Notes under the pieces: generated by a model
Databases searched by the model: none
What the model was told of the DNA's origin: nothing
The model's input: the letters and a program-made list of their open reading frames with translations, nothing else
Shown: piece after piece, positions 19,861 to 29,962 of the stretch
Layout: every line of letters starts with the position of its first letter
Numbering within the stretch: position 1 is the first letter of the stretch
Source of the DNA: Candidatus Fermentibacteraceae bacterium
GTDB lineage: Bacteria > Fermentibacterota > Fermentibacteria > Fermentibacterales > JCC-6
Length of the DNA: 64,000 bases
Assembly: GCA_041750285.1 (NCBI GenBank)
Contig: JBGSZS010000013.1
Span: 17,220-81,219 of the forward strand
Direction of reading: 5' to 3'
Position numbers and translations under genes: made by a program

Positions 19861-20630
19861 GACCCCTCCTCGATTAGAACACGGTCGCCCGCCGATATCC
19901 CGAGAAGCAGGGCGGCGGAACCGCCGGGCACGGCCAGTTCGAGAAGTCCCTGGCTTCCGTGGACAATAAGGATGGAGGCTCCCGGGGCATCTTTCCCGTA
20001 GTTCGTCGAGAGGGCCGCCGGGAAGCTTTCGTTACGCACGGATACCAGTCCTGGACGCAAACCCTGAAGATCTTCCGGTGCAGCCCAGAGAACGCAGTTC
20101 CCGAAGTGTTCAACGTGGACCACGGATGTCGTGAGAGCACCGCCGGAACGCAGGGTCTCGCCTCGTGGAAGGGTTACCGGGTCGGAACAGGGTTCAAGGA
20201 AGGCCAGCCAGCCCGGGTCGACGAGGAACCTGGCAGCCATGGGCGCAAACCAGTCACGGCCGTGGAAAGTAGTGGAAACGCCGGAGCCGGGAGGGGGAAG
20301 CAATCTCACCTCATCGGCTTCCAGCCATGAAAGCAGCCCGTTGTCGGGGCCAACGACGATCCTCTCTCCCACTCTGCAGGCAAGCCCCCTTCTCCCGGTT
20401 CCCACCCCGGGGTCGACCACCGCAAGTACGACCGATCCGTCGGGAAGCCTCGGGACCGAGGTCATCAGGTGGTAGGCGCCCTGTCGTATCGAGCCCGGAC
20501 TCACGGAGTGGGTAAGGTCAATCATCGTGACCCCTTCCCCGAAGAAGGACAGAACGGCACCCTTCATCTGTGCGGTGTAGCAGTCGCTGCTTCCGAAATC
20601 GGAAAGAATGAACAGAATGGCTGACATCAC
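19857..20630 (-). CDS. SAM hydroxide adenosyltransferase (DUF62/chlorinase family)
   Basis: LSDFG, VVDPGVGT.R, VGPDNG, STTFHGRD.FAP. Confidence 0.92.
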   Translation of the reverse strand: MMSAILFILSDFGSSDCYTAQMKGAVLSFFGEGVTMIDLTHSVSPGSIRQGAYHLMTSVPRLPDGSVVLAVVDPGVGTGRRGLACRVGERIVVGPDNGLLSWLEADEVRLLPPPGSGVSTTFHGRDWFAPMAARFLVDPGWLAFLEPCSDPVTLPRGETLRSGGALTTSVVHVEHFGNCVLWAAPEDLQGLRPGLVSVRNESFPAALSTNYGKDAPGASILIVHGSQGLLELAVPGGSAALLLGISAGDRVLIEEGS

Positions 20631-20632
20631 GC

Positions 20633-23600
20633 CTACCTGTGTTTCACGATGACGAGGGTCCTGTCATCCGCCTGGGGCGCCTGGCTTCCGTGGTTCTGGA
20701 CCTCTTCCAGAACCTTCCTGACGATCTGCGTGGAACCGAGGTCCATGTGGCGCATGACCGCGGCTATGAGCCCCTGCATGGTGAATTCATTGCCCCCGGG
20801 ATCCATCGTTTCGGTTATCCCGTCGGTGTAGAGCACCAGAACGTCGCCCGCCTTCATCTCCAGCACGCCGTAGTCGTACCGGACATTGGGTTTGAAGCCC
20901 AGTATGAGCCCGCCTGTGTCGAGGACCACCGTCTCTCCGCCCCGCTTGACAAGAAGGGGCGGATTGTGCCCGGCATTGACGTAGGTGAGCCTGCCCGAGT
21001 CGATGTTGAGCACCCCGTAGAACAGCCCGATAAGCCCGGTTACCTGGGTTCCGGTGAGCATTGCGTTGTTCACCCTGTACATGACCTCGCTTATGCTGAA
21101 AATGCTCTGGACGTTTGCCGAGAGGCTTCCCTTGAGACCCGCCATCGTGAGCGCCGCGGGAATGCCCTTGCCCGTCACGTCCGCCACGGCGAGCCCGAGG
21201 TTGTTCCCGGAAAGGGTGAAAAAGTCGTAGTAATCCCCCCCGACCTCCCGTGCAGGCCTGTAGTAAGAAGCAATGTCGTACCCGTCAAGGCTCGGTGGAC
21301 CCGCAGGCATCAGGTCGTACTGGATTCGCCTCGCGGTGCTGAGTTCCCCCGCAATGCCGCCCCCGTTGTCCAGCCGTCCGAGGAACAGGTCGGGCATCTT
21401 GGATCGCAGCGTGCTGCTGTTGGTTATATCGGGATGCCTTGTCACTATGCTCACTGCCGCGAGTCTCACGTCCTCCGCGGTATCGGTCAGGAGGTCGGCA
21501 AGGTGTTCCTCGAGCGCGGGGCTGTCCACGCACCCCAGGCGCTCGACCGCCCAGAGGGCCTCGAGACGCACGGGAGCCGAAGAATCCCCAAGCGCCCTGG
21601 CTATGAGGGGCATCCGTTCCTGGGGAGTGAGGTTCACCGACCGGAAGAACCCCGAGAATGTCCTGAGCCTCACGAACGAGTCGGAATCGTCGATGAGCTT
21701 TTCGGCGATGCGGTACCGTCTGGTCTCTTCCCGGCCCCAGAACTCCCCTCCCGCCTCGCCCGCAGCTGCCCTGACGGACCTTTCCGGATCCCCTGAAAGC
21801 AGCTCGAGAAGGATCCCGGTCTCTTCAGTGCAGGTCCCGAGGAGCCGGGCCGCCGATGCGACCGCGGCACGCACGGTCGGGGACGTGTCCTCCGCCAGGG
21901 ATCGAAGGGCGCCGCCTGCCTGGGGACCTAGGGAATCACGGTTCCAGAGAAGGAACCATGGCAGTTTCGCCCTGGCCTCGACGCTTTTGCTCTCGAGCAC
22001 CCTCTCGACCGCGCGCATCGAAACGTCGGCGATGTCGCTGCGTCCCGAGGAGAGAAGCCTGCTGAGCGCCTCACGCCCCCCGAAAGCCTCGTTGGAGAGG
22101 ACCCTCACGATCACGGTGAGCTGGGCGTAGGGTTCGATGATCCTCAGGTATGGAAGGGCCATCTCGGCCATGGGACGGTCCCTCGGCATCTGCTCGGTGA
22201 CTATCCTCCAGAGGGTGTGCCTCTCCTTGCGGTCCAGCCATTGGTAATTCATCAGCAGGTACTGGGCGACGCCCCTCCGGTCGGCATCGGGAATGTCGGC
22301 GATCATGGCCTCCCTGACCTCCCGCGAGAGGTATCTGATCCGCGAGCCCAGCTGGAACGCCACCAGCGACCTTCCGCCGGCCTTCAGCCTCTGGATGAGA
22401 AGCCAGAGGAGGTCTCCCACCTCTCCGGTAACTCCCTCGAGCTTCCTGTTGGTCAGTCCCTGGGCCAGGAACCTGAGGTCTTCGGGATTGCCCCCTTCGA
22501 GTGCGGCGTTGAGAACCTTCCGTTCCTGCGGGATCATGTCGGGAAACCTGCCGCCGATGTGAACCAGGACCTGGCGCATGACCTCGCTCGACCCGTCTTC
22601 AAGAAGGGACAGGTAATACCCCCCGGGGTCGTCGCCGACCGACCATGTCTCCATGCCGTACATGAAGGACTGCCTTACGCCGGGGGACGGGTCGGACATG
22701 ATCATTTGAAGTATGTCCAGCATCCGTTCGTCCCTGCGCACCCAGTACATGGCCAGGCTTCTCGCGAGGACCACTCTCAGGTTTTCGGCACCCGACTCGA
22801 TGATGAAGCGGCAGAGCCCCAGCGCCTGGCTGTCAAAGCTTTTCCTGTCGAGCAGAAGGCTGTTGAAGAAGTCTCCCAGGTTGGCGGGCTCGGTCTCGCG
22901 CGATGCGGCGAACAGAAGGGCCGCCTTCATCTCGGCGGAAAGGTCGCTGTAATGGTTGACAAGGGCGAAGCCCGCACGCCTGAGGGCCGATTCGTGGCTC
23001 CCGAGAAGCGTGTTGAACACCGCCTTCACGACAGGCGAGCCTTCCCGGCTCAGCTCGCGGGCTCCCCGGTCCACCGCGGCCATTATCGTGGTGTCACCGG
23101 CGCACAGGTGCATCTCGCCGCGGAGTTCGAGCCTTCTGAAGGGGGTGATCCCCCTGAACGCATCGGAATCGGTGTACATCGATTCGAGCCTGGCAACTCC
23201 CGTGAAATCGCCGTTGAGAAGAAGGCTGAGTCTCTCCCACGCCTCCAGCACCGCCCTTTTGAAAACCGACTCGGGTACGATGGGTTCGAACAGGGAAAGC
23301 AGTATCATGGAAGCCTTGCCGAAGGGGTCCATCTCCCAGAAGCGGGACAGAGCCCTCTCGCCCTCCCTGAGTCTCCACGACCTTCTCTCGGCGGGTTTGG
23401 GAAGAATCAGGTGTTTTCCGTCGAAGAGGCTGAAGACGGCCTCCATCTTGGACGATGATGAGGCCACCACAAGCCTTCTCCGCTTGTCGGTTGCCCTTGC
23501 CATGGTCGTTATGAAAACGTGCCAGAGGTGTGCAGGATAGTCGCCCGCATACCTTCTCATGCTGTCCAGGTCGAAAAGGATCGCGCAGTCTTCGGGGCCG

Positions 23601-24244
23601 CGCAGGAGGTGATCGACCTCCCTGGCGTTCACGTCACCCTCGACCAGTTCGATGGGGAGCATGCCGGCCTGGGCCGACCTGGCGATGAGTATCCTGCCGA
23701 GAGTGGTCTTGCCTGAACCGAGTGGTCCCGACAGACAGAGAAAACCGTTTTCCTGAAGGATGGATTCAGCCCTCGAAAGCACCGCCGGGTCGAGGGTTTC
23801 CTCACGAAGGTCACCCCATCCAGCAAGGAGTTCACTTCCGGACGGGTAGGGAAGCTTGTCGCGCCTCACCGCAAAGACCCACGCAGCAACGGGGCCCGAC
23901 ATGAGCTGCCTGACCTCGTCGACGGTATTGAAGCGCCAGAGCAACCCCTCCCCCTCGAGGCGGGACACGACCCTGTCGGAGGACTCGGTGGAGCCCGCGG
24001 CAATTGCAGCTATGGGCACCTTTCTCCGGTAGTGCGAGAAATAGCAGTAACGGAGGGGAGCGGACGGCTGCCCGTTCAATACCATGAGTACGGCGTCAGG
24101 GGCGGCATCGTCGTGATGGACGACGATCGAGTCGGCCCATCGGGGGGGCTGCACGCGAGCGGCCTCGGATACCGCAACGCTGTCCGCGCCGGCGGGAAAG
24201 GGTGCCTTCTCGGTGATGACGAGCAGTCTGAAAACGCTGTTCAT
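20633..24244 (-). CDS. P-loop NTPase + HEAT repeats + SpoIIE/RsbU PP2C phosphatase
   Basis: GPLGSGKTT; repeated D.S..VR helices; VGGDYYD, ADVTGKG, NAGHNPP, LYTDGITE, ADDRT. Confidence 0.85.
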   Translation of the reverse strand: MNSVFRLLVITEKAPFPAGADSVAVSEAARVQPPRWADSIVVHHDDAAPDAVLMVLNGQPSAPLRYCYFSHYRRKVPIAAIAAGSTESSDRVVSRLEGEGLLWRFNTVDEVRQLMSGPVAAWVFAVRRDKLPYPSGSELLAGWGDLREETLDPAVLSRAESILQENGFLCLSGPLGSGKTTLGRILIARSAQAGMLPIELVEGDVNAREVDHLLRGPEDCAILFDLDSMRRYAGDYPAHLWHVFITTMARATDKRRRLVVASSSSKMEAVFSLFDGKHLILPKPAERRSWRLREGERALSRFWEMDPFGKASMILLSLFEPIVPESVFKRAVLEAWERLSLLLNGDFTGVARLESMYTDSDAFRGITPFRRLELRGEMHLCAGDTTIMAAVDRGARELSREGSPVVKAVFNTLLGSHESALRRAGFALVNHYSDLSAEMKAALLFAASRETEPANLGDFFNSLLLDRKSFDSQALGLCRFIIESGAENLRVVLARSLAMYWVRRDERMLDILQMIMSDPSPGVRQSFMYGMETWSVGDDPGGYYLSLLEDGSSEVMRQVLVHIGGRFPDMIPQERKVLNAALEGGNPEDLRFLAQGLTNRKLEGVTGEVGDLLWLLIQRLKAGGRSLVAFQLGSRIRYLSREVREAMIADIPDADRRGVAQYLLMNYQWLDRKERHTLWRIVTEQMPRDRPMAEMALPYLRIIEPYAQLTVIVRVLSNEAFGGREALSRLLSSGRSDIADVSMRAVERVLESKSVEARAKLPWFLLWNRDSLGPQAGGALRSLAEDTSPTVRAAVASAARLLGTCTEETGILLELLSGDPERSVRAAAGEAGGEFWGREETRRYRIAEKLIDDSDSFVRLRTFSGFFRSVNLTPQERMPLIARALGDSSAPVRLEALWAVERLGCVDSPALEEHLADLLTDTAEDVRLAAVSIVTRHPDITNSSTLRSKMPDLFLGRLDNGGGIAGELSTARRIQYDLMPAGPPSLDGYDIASYYRPAREVGGDYYDFFTLSGNNLGLAVADVTGKGIPAALTMAGLKGSLSANVQSIFSISEVMYRVNNAMLTGTQVTGLIGLFYGVLNIDSGRLTYVNAGHNPPLLVKRGGETVVLDTGGLILGFKPNVRYDYGVLEMKAGDVLVLYTDGITETMDPGGNEFTMQGLIAAVMRHMDLGSTQIVRKVLEEVQNHGSQAPQADDRTLVIVKHR

Positions 24245-24251
24245 GCGGTGG

Positions 24252-24668
24252 TCAGGTGAGGGGCCAGATGAGGGTTGCCCTGGTTTTCCCTTCCGGAGTG
24301 AGGTCGAACTCCACCCACTTGGCAAGGTTCCTGGCTATCAGGATACCCCTGCCCCTGTCGTCCAGAAGCTCGTTGCCCTCACCGGGCCTGTGGCCGAGGT
24401 CACGGTCGGGTTGCCAGCTTCCCGTGTCCTCGATCTGGAAGCTGACCCTCCCCGGCAGTACATCCACCGTGACGGTCAGGGGTTTCGCCGGATTCATCCG
24501 ATTGCCGTGCTTCATGCCGTTTCTCACAAGCTCCATGACGGCGATCGACAGGCTGGTCAGCTCATCGGGCAGCACCCCCCCCGCCATGCCCACACTCTCC
24601 ACGAAGACCTGAACGGTTTCCAGCATCCGTTCGTCGCTGGGGACCGACAGGCGTATTCCCTTGAGCAC
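24252..24668 (-). CDS. RsbW-like anti-sigma factor kinase
   Basis: AVMELVRNGMKHGN, IEDTG, RGRGI. Confidence 0.88.
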   Translation of the reverse strand: MLKGIRLSVPSDERMLETVQVFVESVGMAGGVLPDELTSLSIAVMELVRNGMKHGNRMNPAKPLTVTVDVLPGRVSFQIEDTGSWQPDRDLGHRPGEGNELLDDRGRGILIARNLAKWVEFDLTPEGKTRATLIWPLT

Positions 24669-24669
24669 C

Positions 24670-25011
24670 TCAGCCCTCCAGGGCCGCTAGGGCCTCGGTC
24701 TCGTCGTTGAACGTATCGAACACGGTGATGAGCTTGGTGATGATGAAAAGCTCATGGATCTTCTTGGTGGCGTTGAGTATGACCATCCGGCCGCCCGCCC
24801 TGGACACCGTGGTGTGGCCGCTGACGAGCACACCGAGCCCCGAGCTGTCCATCCACGAAACACTTCCCAGGTCAACCAGGATCCTTCTGAAATCGTTGTT
24901 CACTGCGCTTTCAAAAGCGGTCTTGACTTCCATGAGGTCGGGTCCGCTGATCACCTTGCCGCTTAGCCTGATTACCTTGGCTGTTCCCTTGTTTTCCTCG
25001 GATATCTTCAT
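24670..25011 (-). CDS. RsbV-like anti-anti-sigma factor (STAS)
   Basis: VDLGSVSWMDSSGLGVL, ITKLITVF. Confidence 0.92.
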   Translation of the reverse strand: MKISEENKGTAKVIRLSGKVISGPDLMEVKTAFESAVNNDFRRILVDLGSVSWMDSSGLGVLVSGHTTVSRAGGRMVILNATKKIHELFIITKLITVFDTFNDETEALAALEG

Positions 25012-25110
25012 GTCATCCCTCCGGGTTATGTTTTGAAACCGCTGTTACCGAACCCTGACTGCTTAGCATAGGAAAACCCCGGCCTTGGTGCAAGAAGGGG
25101 AAGGCCCGTC

Positions 25111-26115
25111 TCAGGCGCATACGACGAAATCAAGCCCCTCAACCATTCCCCTGTCCGCAAGGAAGTTGCGTATCCTGTCCCGGGCGCCCGGCCCGCGCGA
25201 GGCCGCCACCAGGGGAAGGCCCGCATAATCGCCGATCCTCTGCGAGTCGACCACGGGTATGCCCCTCAGTGTGCTTCCGTCCTGCCCGGGATCGGAGCAG
25301 AGGAAAGCCTCGATCCGGAAACCCCCGGCGATCATCCACCTTGAAAGCCGTCTCGCGGTCTGGCCGCTTCCCGCAAAGACTACCCTCCTTTCCCTGAGCA
25401 TGGGCAGCATGGAAAGGTACATCGCCTTCGTCCTGTAGAAGGAACTCAGTGAATAGCAGGAAGACCTCCTGCTGAAACGGTCCGGTCTCTCCCTCCAGCC
25501 CAGGAGCACTCTGGGAACCTTTTCGAAACGGAAGCCCAGGGACCACAACCGAAGCCACAGCTCGTAGTCCTCGGGAAGGCCGAGATCACGGTAGCCTCCC
25601 GCCTCGATTACCGCTTTCCTGTTGAAAAAGGCCGAAGGGTGCGCAAGAGGGCTCTCAATGAAGATGTCACGGCAGATGAGGTCGTGGGTGACGAGGCCGT
25701 TCTGCCAGCTCTCGTAGCGGCGGTAGCCGGCCGAGACAGCCTTTTCGGGAAAGCACCTCACCCTGCATGACACGACGCTTCGCGGGCCAAGGGTCCGAGC
25801 CATGGAAAGCTGCAGCGAAAGCCTCTCAGGATGGCAGAGGTCATCCGCATCCAGACGGGCCACCCACTCCCCGCGGGCGGCATCGAGCCCGGTGTTCAGA
25901 GCGCTGACGAGCCCTGCACCCGCGGATTCTACCGGCCTGAACCTGTCGTCGCCCCTGCAGCACTCGTGGACGATACGCGGGGAGTCATCGGTCGAGCCGT
26001 CGTTTACCAGAACGACCTCGAAACCCTCGAGTGTCTGCCTTTTCAGAGATTTCAGGGCATCTGGAAGCCATCTGGCTTCGTTCTTGTAGGGAAGCACGAC
26101 CGAGACCGGCATCAC
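25111..26115 (-). CDS. Glycosyltransferase family 2
   Basis: SVVLP, VNDGSTD, ARLDADD, PEDYELWLR. Confidence 0.92.
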   Translation of the reverse strand: MMPVSVVLPYKNEARWLPDALKSLKRQTLEGFEVVLVNDGSTDDSPRIVHECCRGDDRFRPVESAGAGLVSALNTGLDAARGEWVARLDADDLCHPERLSLQLSMARTLGPRSVVSCRVRCFPEKAVSAGYRRYESWQNGLVTHDLICRDIFIESPLAHPSAFFNRKAVIEAGGYRDLGLPEDYELWLRLWSLGFRFEKVPRVLLGWRERPDRFSRRSSCYSLSSFYRTKAMYLSMLPMLRERRVVFAGSGQTARRLSRWMIAGGFRIEAFLCSDPGQDGSTLRGIPVVDSQRIGDYAGLPLVAASRGPGARDRIRNFLADRGMVEGLDFVVCA

Positions 26116-26894
26116 TCGGGGCCGAATGTGGCGAGCACCTGGTCGGCTGAGAACATGGGGGTGTAACAGGCCAGTCCACGGCAGGCCTGGGCGTAGGGCC
26201 GGTCAAGCGCCGGAAGCATGTTCCCTTCGATGATACCCGCCCCCTCGGGGGTGCTCGGATCCACCAGATCGACATTCTCCCGACCCGCAAGCGACACTGC
26301 CGTCTCGTGGAGCTGAACCGTGACGGAGTCGGAGGGATCGCCCACGACGTAGAAGTGGAGGGCTTCTTCCGAACCGGTTGTTTCCGGCTCTTCGACTTGC
26401 CCCCCTATGGCCTCCCTGAAGCGGGCGGCGGTCGCGGCCCCCACGATCCGTGCTGTCTCGCGGCCTTCAACAAGGACTATGGTCACGGGCAGGACCGATG
26501 GGATGTCGAACCTTTCCCGAATGGAATCTGCCTCGGAAGGGGTGAGCCAGACCACCGGCATCGCGATGGAAACCGATTCCCTGAACGACACAAGGGTGGA
26601 GAGGTCCGGGTCGCCCACTGAAACGGCGGCGAACACCGCATCCCCGGCCATCTCGCTGTAAAGGCCGTCCAGCACGGGCAGCTCGTGAACGCACGGGCTG
26701 CACCAGGTGGCCCAGAAGTTCAGAAGAACGGGACGTGTGCCGGCCGCGTCGATCAGGCTGTCGAGCGAACCCGTTCCAGTGAGCAGGACGCCCTGCTCAC
26801 CGAAGACGGTTCGGGTAAGGTGCGTCGCCGCCCTGAACGCGGGAAACAGAAGAACCAGCAGGACGGGGATCCACCAGGGGAATCTACGGCCCAT
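26112..26894 (-). CDS. TlpA-family thiol-disulfide oxidoreductase with C-terminal extension
   Basis: N-terminal TM helix, LNFWATWCSPCVHELP. Confidence 0.88.
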   Translation of the reverse strand: MGRRFPWWIPVLLVLLFPAFRAATHLTRTVFGEQGVLLTGTGSLDSLIDAAGTRPVLLNFWATWCSPCVHELPVLDGLYSEMAGDAVFAAVSVGDPDLSTLVSFRESVSIAMPVVWLTPSEADSIRERFDIPSVLPVTIVLVEGRETARIVGAATAARFREAIGGQVEEPETTGSEEALHFYVVGDPSDSVTVQLHETAVSLAGRENVDLVDPSTPEGAGIIEGNMLPALDRPYAQACRGLACYTPMFSADQVLATFGPE

Positions 26895-27735
26895 GACTGA
26901 TGGCCTTCACCGGGCACTCCCCCACGCACTTCATGCAGCGGATGCACTCGGGCGACGAGGGAGCCCTCCAGATAGCTATTCCCATGGGACAGACCGATTC
27001 ACACCTGCCGCAGCGCACGCAGGCGTCCGATACCCGCATCCGGACCACCGAAACCTTTCCCAAAAGCCCCCAGGCGGCTCCAAGCGGGCACAGGTATCTG
27101 CAGAACGGTCTCTCCACGGAAGCCGCAAGAAGGATGACGGCAACGGCCAGGGAGCTCTTCCAGAAGAAAAGGAAGCCTGTCCGGTAAAGCCCTGCGTGAT
27201 CCATCGAAACAAGGGGCCAACCGGCCAGGGCAGTGCCCGCGGGACAGACCGCCTTGCAGAACCATGGGTCACCGGGAGCAGCGGGAGAACCCCTGAGAAA
27301 AAGCGGCAGCAGGAGGACGAACATTAAGAGCATGGCGAACTTGAGCGGGCGGAACCCCTCTGGCACCCTGATCCGGGGAATTGGCAGCCCGTTCAGGAGT
27401 TCCTGCACCAGACCGAAGGGGCAGACCCAGCCGCACGCGAGCCTTCCCGATGAAAGCCCCACGGCTGCGATGAACCCGAACGGGGCCAGCAGGGCAAGGG
27501 CTTCCGGCCTGCCCGTGGAAAGTGCGCCCAGGATCATGGGCGAGGCCAGAATGGCCTGAAGGGAACCGGCCGGACAGGCGAGAACCGACGAAGGCGTACT
27601 GTAACACCACAGACCCGGTATGGGGAACATCTTGGAGATGCCCGTGAAGATGCCGCCCGTCACCCAGCCCGAAAGATGGAGGTTCGTGCCCAGAAGGGCC
27701 GTGAACTGGACTGCTTTCCGGACTGGAGAGCGCAT
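26884..27735 (-). CDS. Membrane 4Fe-4S binding protein (NapH/YccM-like)
   Basis: GRLACGWVCPFG, FCKAVCPAG, RPFCRYLCPLGA, two CxxCxxCxxxCP motifs. Confidence 0.9.
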   Translation of the reverse strand: MRSPVRKAVQFTALLGTNLHLSGWVTGGIFTGISKMFPIPGLWCYSTPSSVLACPAGSLQAILASPMILGALSTGRPEALALLAPFGFIAAVGLSSGRLACGWVCPFGLVQELLNGLPIPRIRVPEGFRPLKFAMLLMFVLLLPLFLRGSPAAPGDPWFCKAVCPAGTALAGWPLVSMDHAGLYRTGFLFFWKSSLAVAVILLAASVERPFCRYLCPLGAAWGLLGKVSVVRMRVSDACVRCGRCESVCPMGIAIWRAPSSPECIRCMKCVGECPVKAISHGP

Positions 27736-27863
27736 CAGCCTATGCCTATGCATTCAAGGCAGACGTTTGCCGCCTTGTAAAGGATTACCAGAGGATCACC
27801 GAGCAGGTAACCGGCGGCTGTCAGAACTAGCGCCAGCAGGAGAAGGGCTGTTCTGAGTGAAAT
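27735..27863 (-). CDS. Small CxxC membrane peptide (CD1871A-like, ends CLECIGIG); start uncertain
   Basis: ISLRTALLLLALVLTAAGYLLGDPLVILYKAANVCLECIGIG; stop overlaps the next ATG. Confidence 0.7.
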   Translation of the reverse strand: MSLRTALLLLALVLTAAGYLLGDPLVILYKAANVCLECIGIG

Positions 27864-27937
27864 GGAGGCGGCGACCAGATTTGAACTGGTGAATGGCGGA
27901 TTTGCAGTCCACTGCCTTCCCACTTGGCTACGCCGCC
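27863..27937 (-). tRNA. tRNA-Cys(GCA)
   Basis: GGCGGCGTAGCCAAGTGG...GTGGA-CTGCAAA-TCCGC...GTTCAAATC...GCCGCCTCCA. Confidence 0.96.
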
Positions 27938-27961
27938 TCTCAGTGGAGCGCTGCAAAGATA

Positions 27962-28603
27962 CTATGGCTTGTCTCCGCTTGTCCAGTCGAGGCCCACCCA
28001 GAAGCCTTCTTCCCACACCATGGAACCGAAGGGAGACTGAACCTCGGGAACGACGAACATGCTGACCCTCCCCAGATGGTCGGAATCGCGTACGTCTCCC
28101 GAGACTCCCCCGATGGCCAGGATGAGGTCGATGACCTCGTACGGGCCGAGCACCTCGAGCAGCTCGAAGGCGTCAAACCCCAGACCGAGGTCAAGCACCA
28201 CGATCTCACCGGTCTCGGGAACGCCGAATTCACCAGTGAACAGGCCCGTGGCGACCTGGGTCCTGCTGACATCCGGACCTGCGTCGGTGTCGAGGTAGAC
28301 GTCGTAGTCAAGGCTTGCAAGCGTCAGTGGAACAGCCGTTATCCATTGATATGAGATGTTGGGGTTTTTGACTCCCAGTCCCACCGTCATGTCTACCGGG
28401 CACTGTCCCTGAAGCCAGTACGAAAGAACCGTGGCGGCCTGTTCAAGGCTGAGGATTTCCAGTTCATCCACGGGTATTCCGCAGATGGTGACGGACTGGG
28501 TGTTCTCCACCCTGAACCTCGCCCACAGAAGGGCCATGGGGCCTGTGGAATCGCACCCCGAGGCAAGAAGGACAAGGATGGCCGGAAAAAGCAGGTATTT
28601 CAT
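27962..28603 (-). CDS. Hypothetical lipoprotein (LEA_2-like)
   Basis: Lipobox LASG-C; VKNPN; SD GAGGAGG. Confidence 0.75.
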   Translation of the reverse strand: MKYLLFPAILVLLASGCDSTGPMALLWARFRVENTQSVTICGIPVDELEILSLEQAATVLSYWLQGQCPVDMTVGLGVKNPNISYQWITAVPLTLASLDYDVYLDTDAGPDVSRTQVATGLFTGEFGVPETGEIVVLDLGLGFDAFELLEVLGPYEVIDLILAIGGVSGDVRDSDHLGRVSMFVVPEVQSPFGSMVWEEGFWVGLDWTSGDKP

Positions 28604-28612
28604 GGATCCTCC

Positions 28613-29080
28613 TCAATCCCCGTTTCCGAACAGAACATCATGAAGCTCCGGGGAAACATACACCGCCAGGGCCTCGGATGGATCATCCATCAGTCTCCAG
28701 AACACCTGGGAGACAGTATCCGTCATGAAGGGACGCTCACCTTCCACTGCAACTATCTCGCCATTGAACGGAAACACCACCACGGGATTCCCGGGGGAGG
28801 GGCAGGTTCCGAACCCCCATTCCCCATCGCTGTACTCCGTGTACACCAGGTTCCGTTCCCGGAGTTCCAGGTCCATCCCTCCGTTCACGAGGCTCCACGA
28901 GCCGGTGGCGCCCATGATGCAGCTCAGACCTGGTTGAACATGGTAGAAGTAGGCTCCGTCGGGGAAAAGGAACAACGCCTCCCCCACACCAGCCGGTATG
29001 CAATCGACCGAGTGCCAGAACCCGACCATGTCCCCGTCTGAAACCGCTGACGCGAGAAGCAGGATGAGAGGAAAGCTCAT
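28613..29080 (-). CDS. Hypothetical exported protein
   Basis: Short hydrophobic N-terminus, operon overlap. Confidence 0.65.
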   Translation of the reverse strand: MSFPLILLLASAVSDGDMVGFWHSVDCIPAGVGEALFLFPDGAYFYHVQPGLSCIMGATGSWSLVNGGMDLELRERNLVYTEYSDGEWGFGTCPSPGNPVVVFPFNGEIVAVEGERPFMTDTVSQVFWRLMDDPSEALAVYVSPELHDVLFGNGD

Positions 29081-29769
29081 CAGATCATCCCCGCCCTGAC
29101 CCGCCCGGCCATAACAGAGTTTCCGGCTTCCTCGAGCGCTGAGGCATATGCCTCAAGGGCCGCATTGTAGTCCTTCCTCGAGATGCACCCCGAGGGGATG
29201 TCCTCTCCTGGATCAAGCATCTCGTGGGCCTGTCTGCCCAGAAGAACGAGTGAAGCCTGGTCGACGGCCTCGAAGCACTCCACCCCTCCGCCAGCCCTCG
29301 CGCACCTGAACGCCGCCTCCAGGAAGTGAAGGCAAAGCTGCCTGCCGTTTGGCATGGACTGCGGGTACATGATCATCTCCACCGTTGAGGATGCCTCGGC
29401 AAGCCTTCCCTGGGAAAGCAGGTCCATCACACGTTCGTAATCCGCCGTGTACGGATCCTCAACCCCGCTTTCCAGAAGGGTCAGCGTTCCCCCGGAGAGA
29501 AGGTATGTGGAACTCGAGTATACCGCCGTGTAGGGAGCCTGTGATGCCACCTCGATGGTGGATCCGGCAGGTTTGAAGACAGCGTCGGTCTTTGCCGGAT
29601 TGAACAGACCGGGAAATGGTGCGAACCCCGTCACCGCGGTCTCTCCGTCCAATGACAGTGCAACGACCGCCGACCCGTCGGACAGCAGATCGTAGACGAG
29701 CCAGGCGTCGCCGTCGTATTCGTAGACCGGAATGAATCCTGAGTAGGCGGCAAGTATGAGAAGCAGCAT
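29080..29769 (-). CDS. Hypothetical exported protein
   Basis: SD GGAGG before MLLLILAA; stop overlaps the next ATG. Confidence 0.65.
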   Translation of the reverse strand: MLLLILAAYSGFIPVYEYDGDAWLVYDLLSDGSAVVALSLDGETAVTGFAPFPGLFNPAKTDAVFKPAGSTIEVASQAPYTAVYSSSTYLLSGGTLTLLESGVEDPYTADYERVMDLLSQGRLAEASSTVEMIMYPQSMPNGRQLCLHFLEAAFRCARAGGGVECFEAVDQASLVLLGRQAHEMLDPGEDIPSGCISRKDYNAALEAYASALEEAGNSVMAGRVRAGMI

Positions 29770-29823
29770 TAAAAAACCTCCCGGGTTGATCCGGAAGGAA
29801 GATAACTGAACCATGAAAAAAAG

Positions 29824-29899
<76 letters not shown>

Positions 29900-29962
29900 T
29901 CCGAAATCACGGGGGGTTATATGGTCACGCCTTCCCGAACTGTCAAGGCCGTTCTGAATGCA

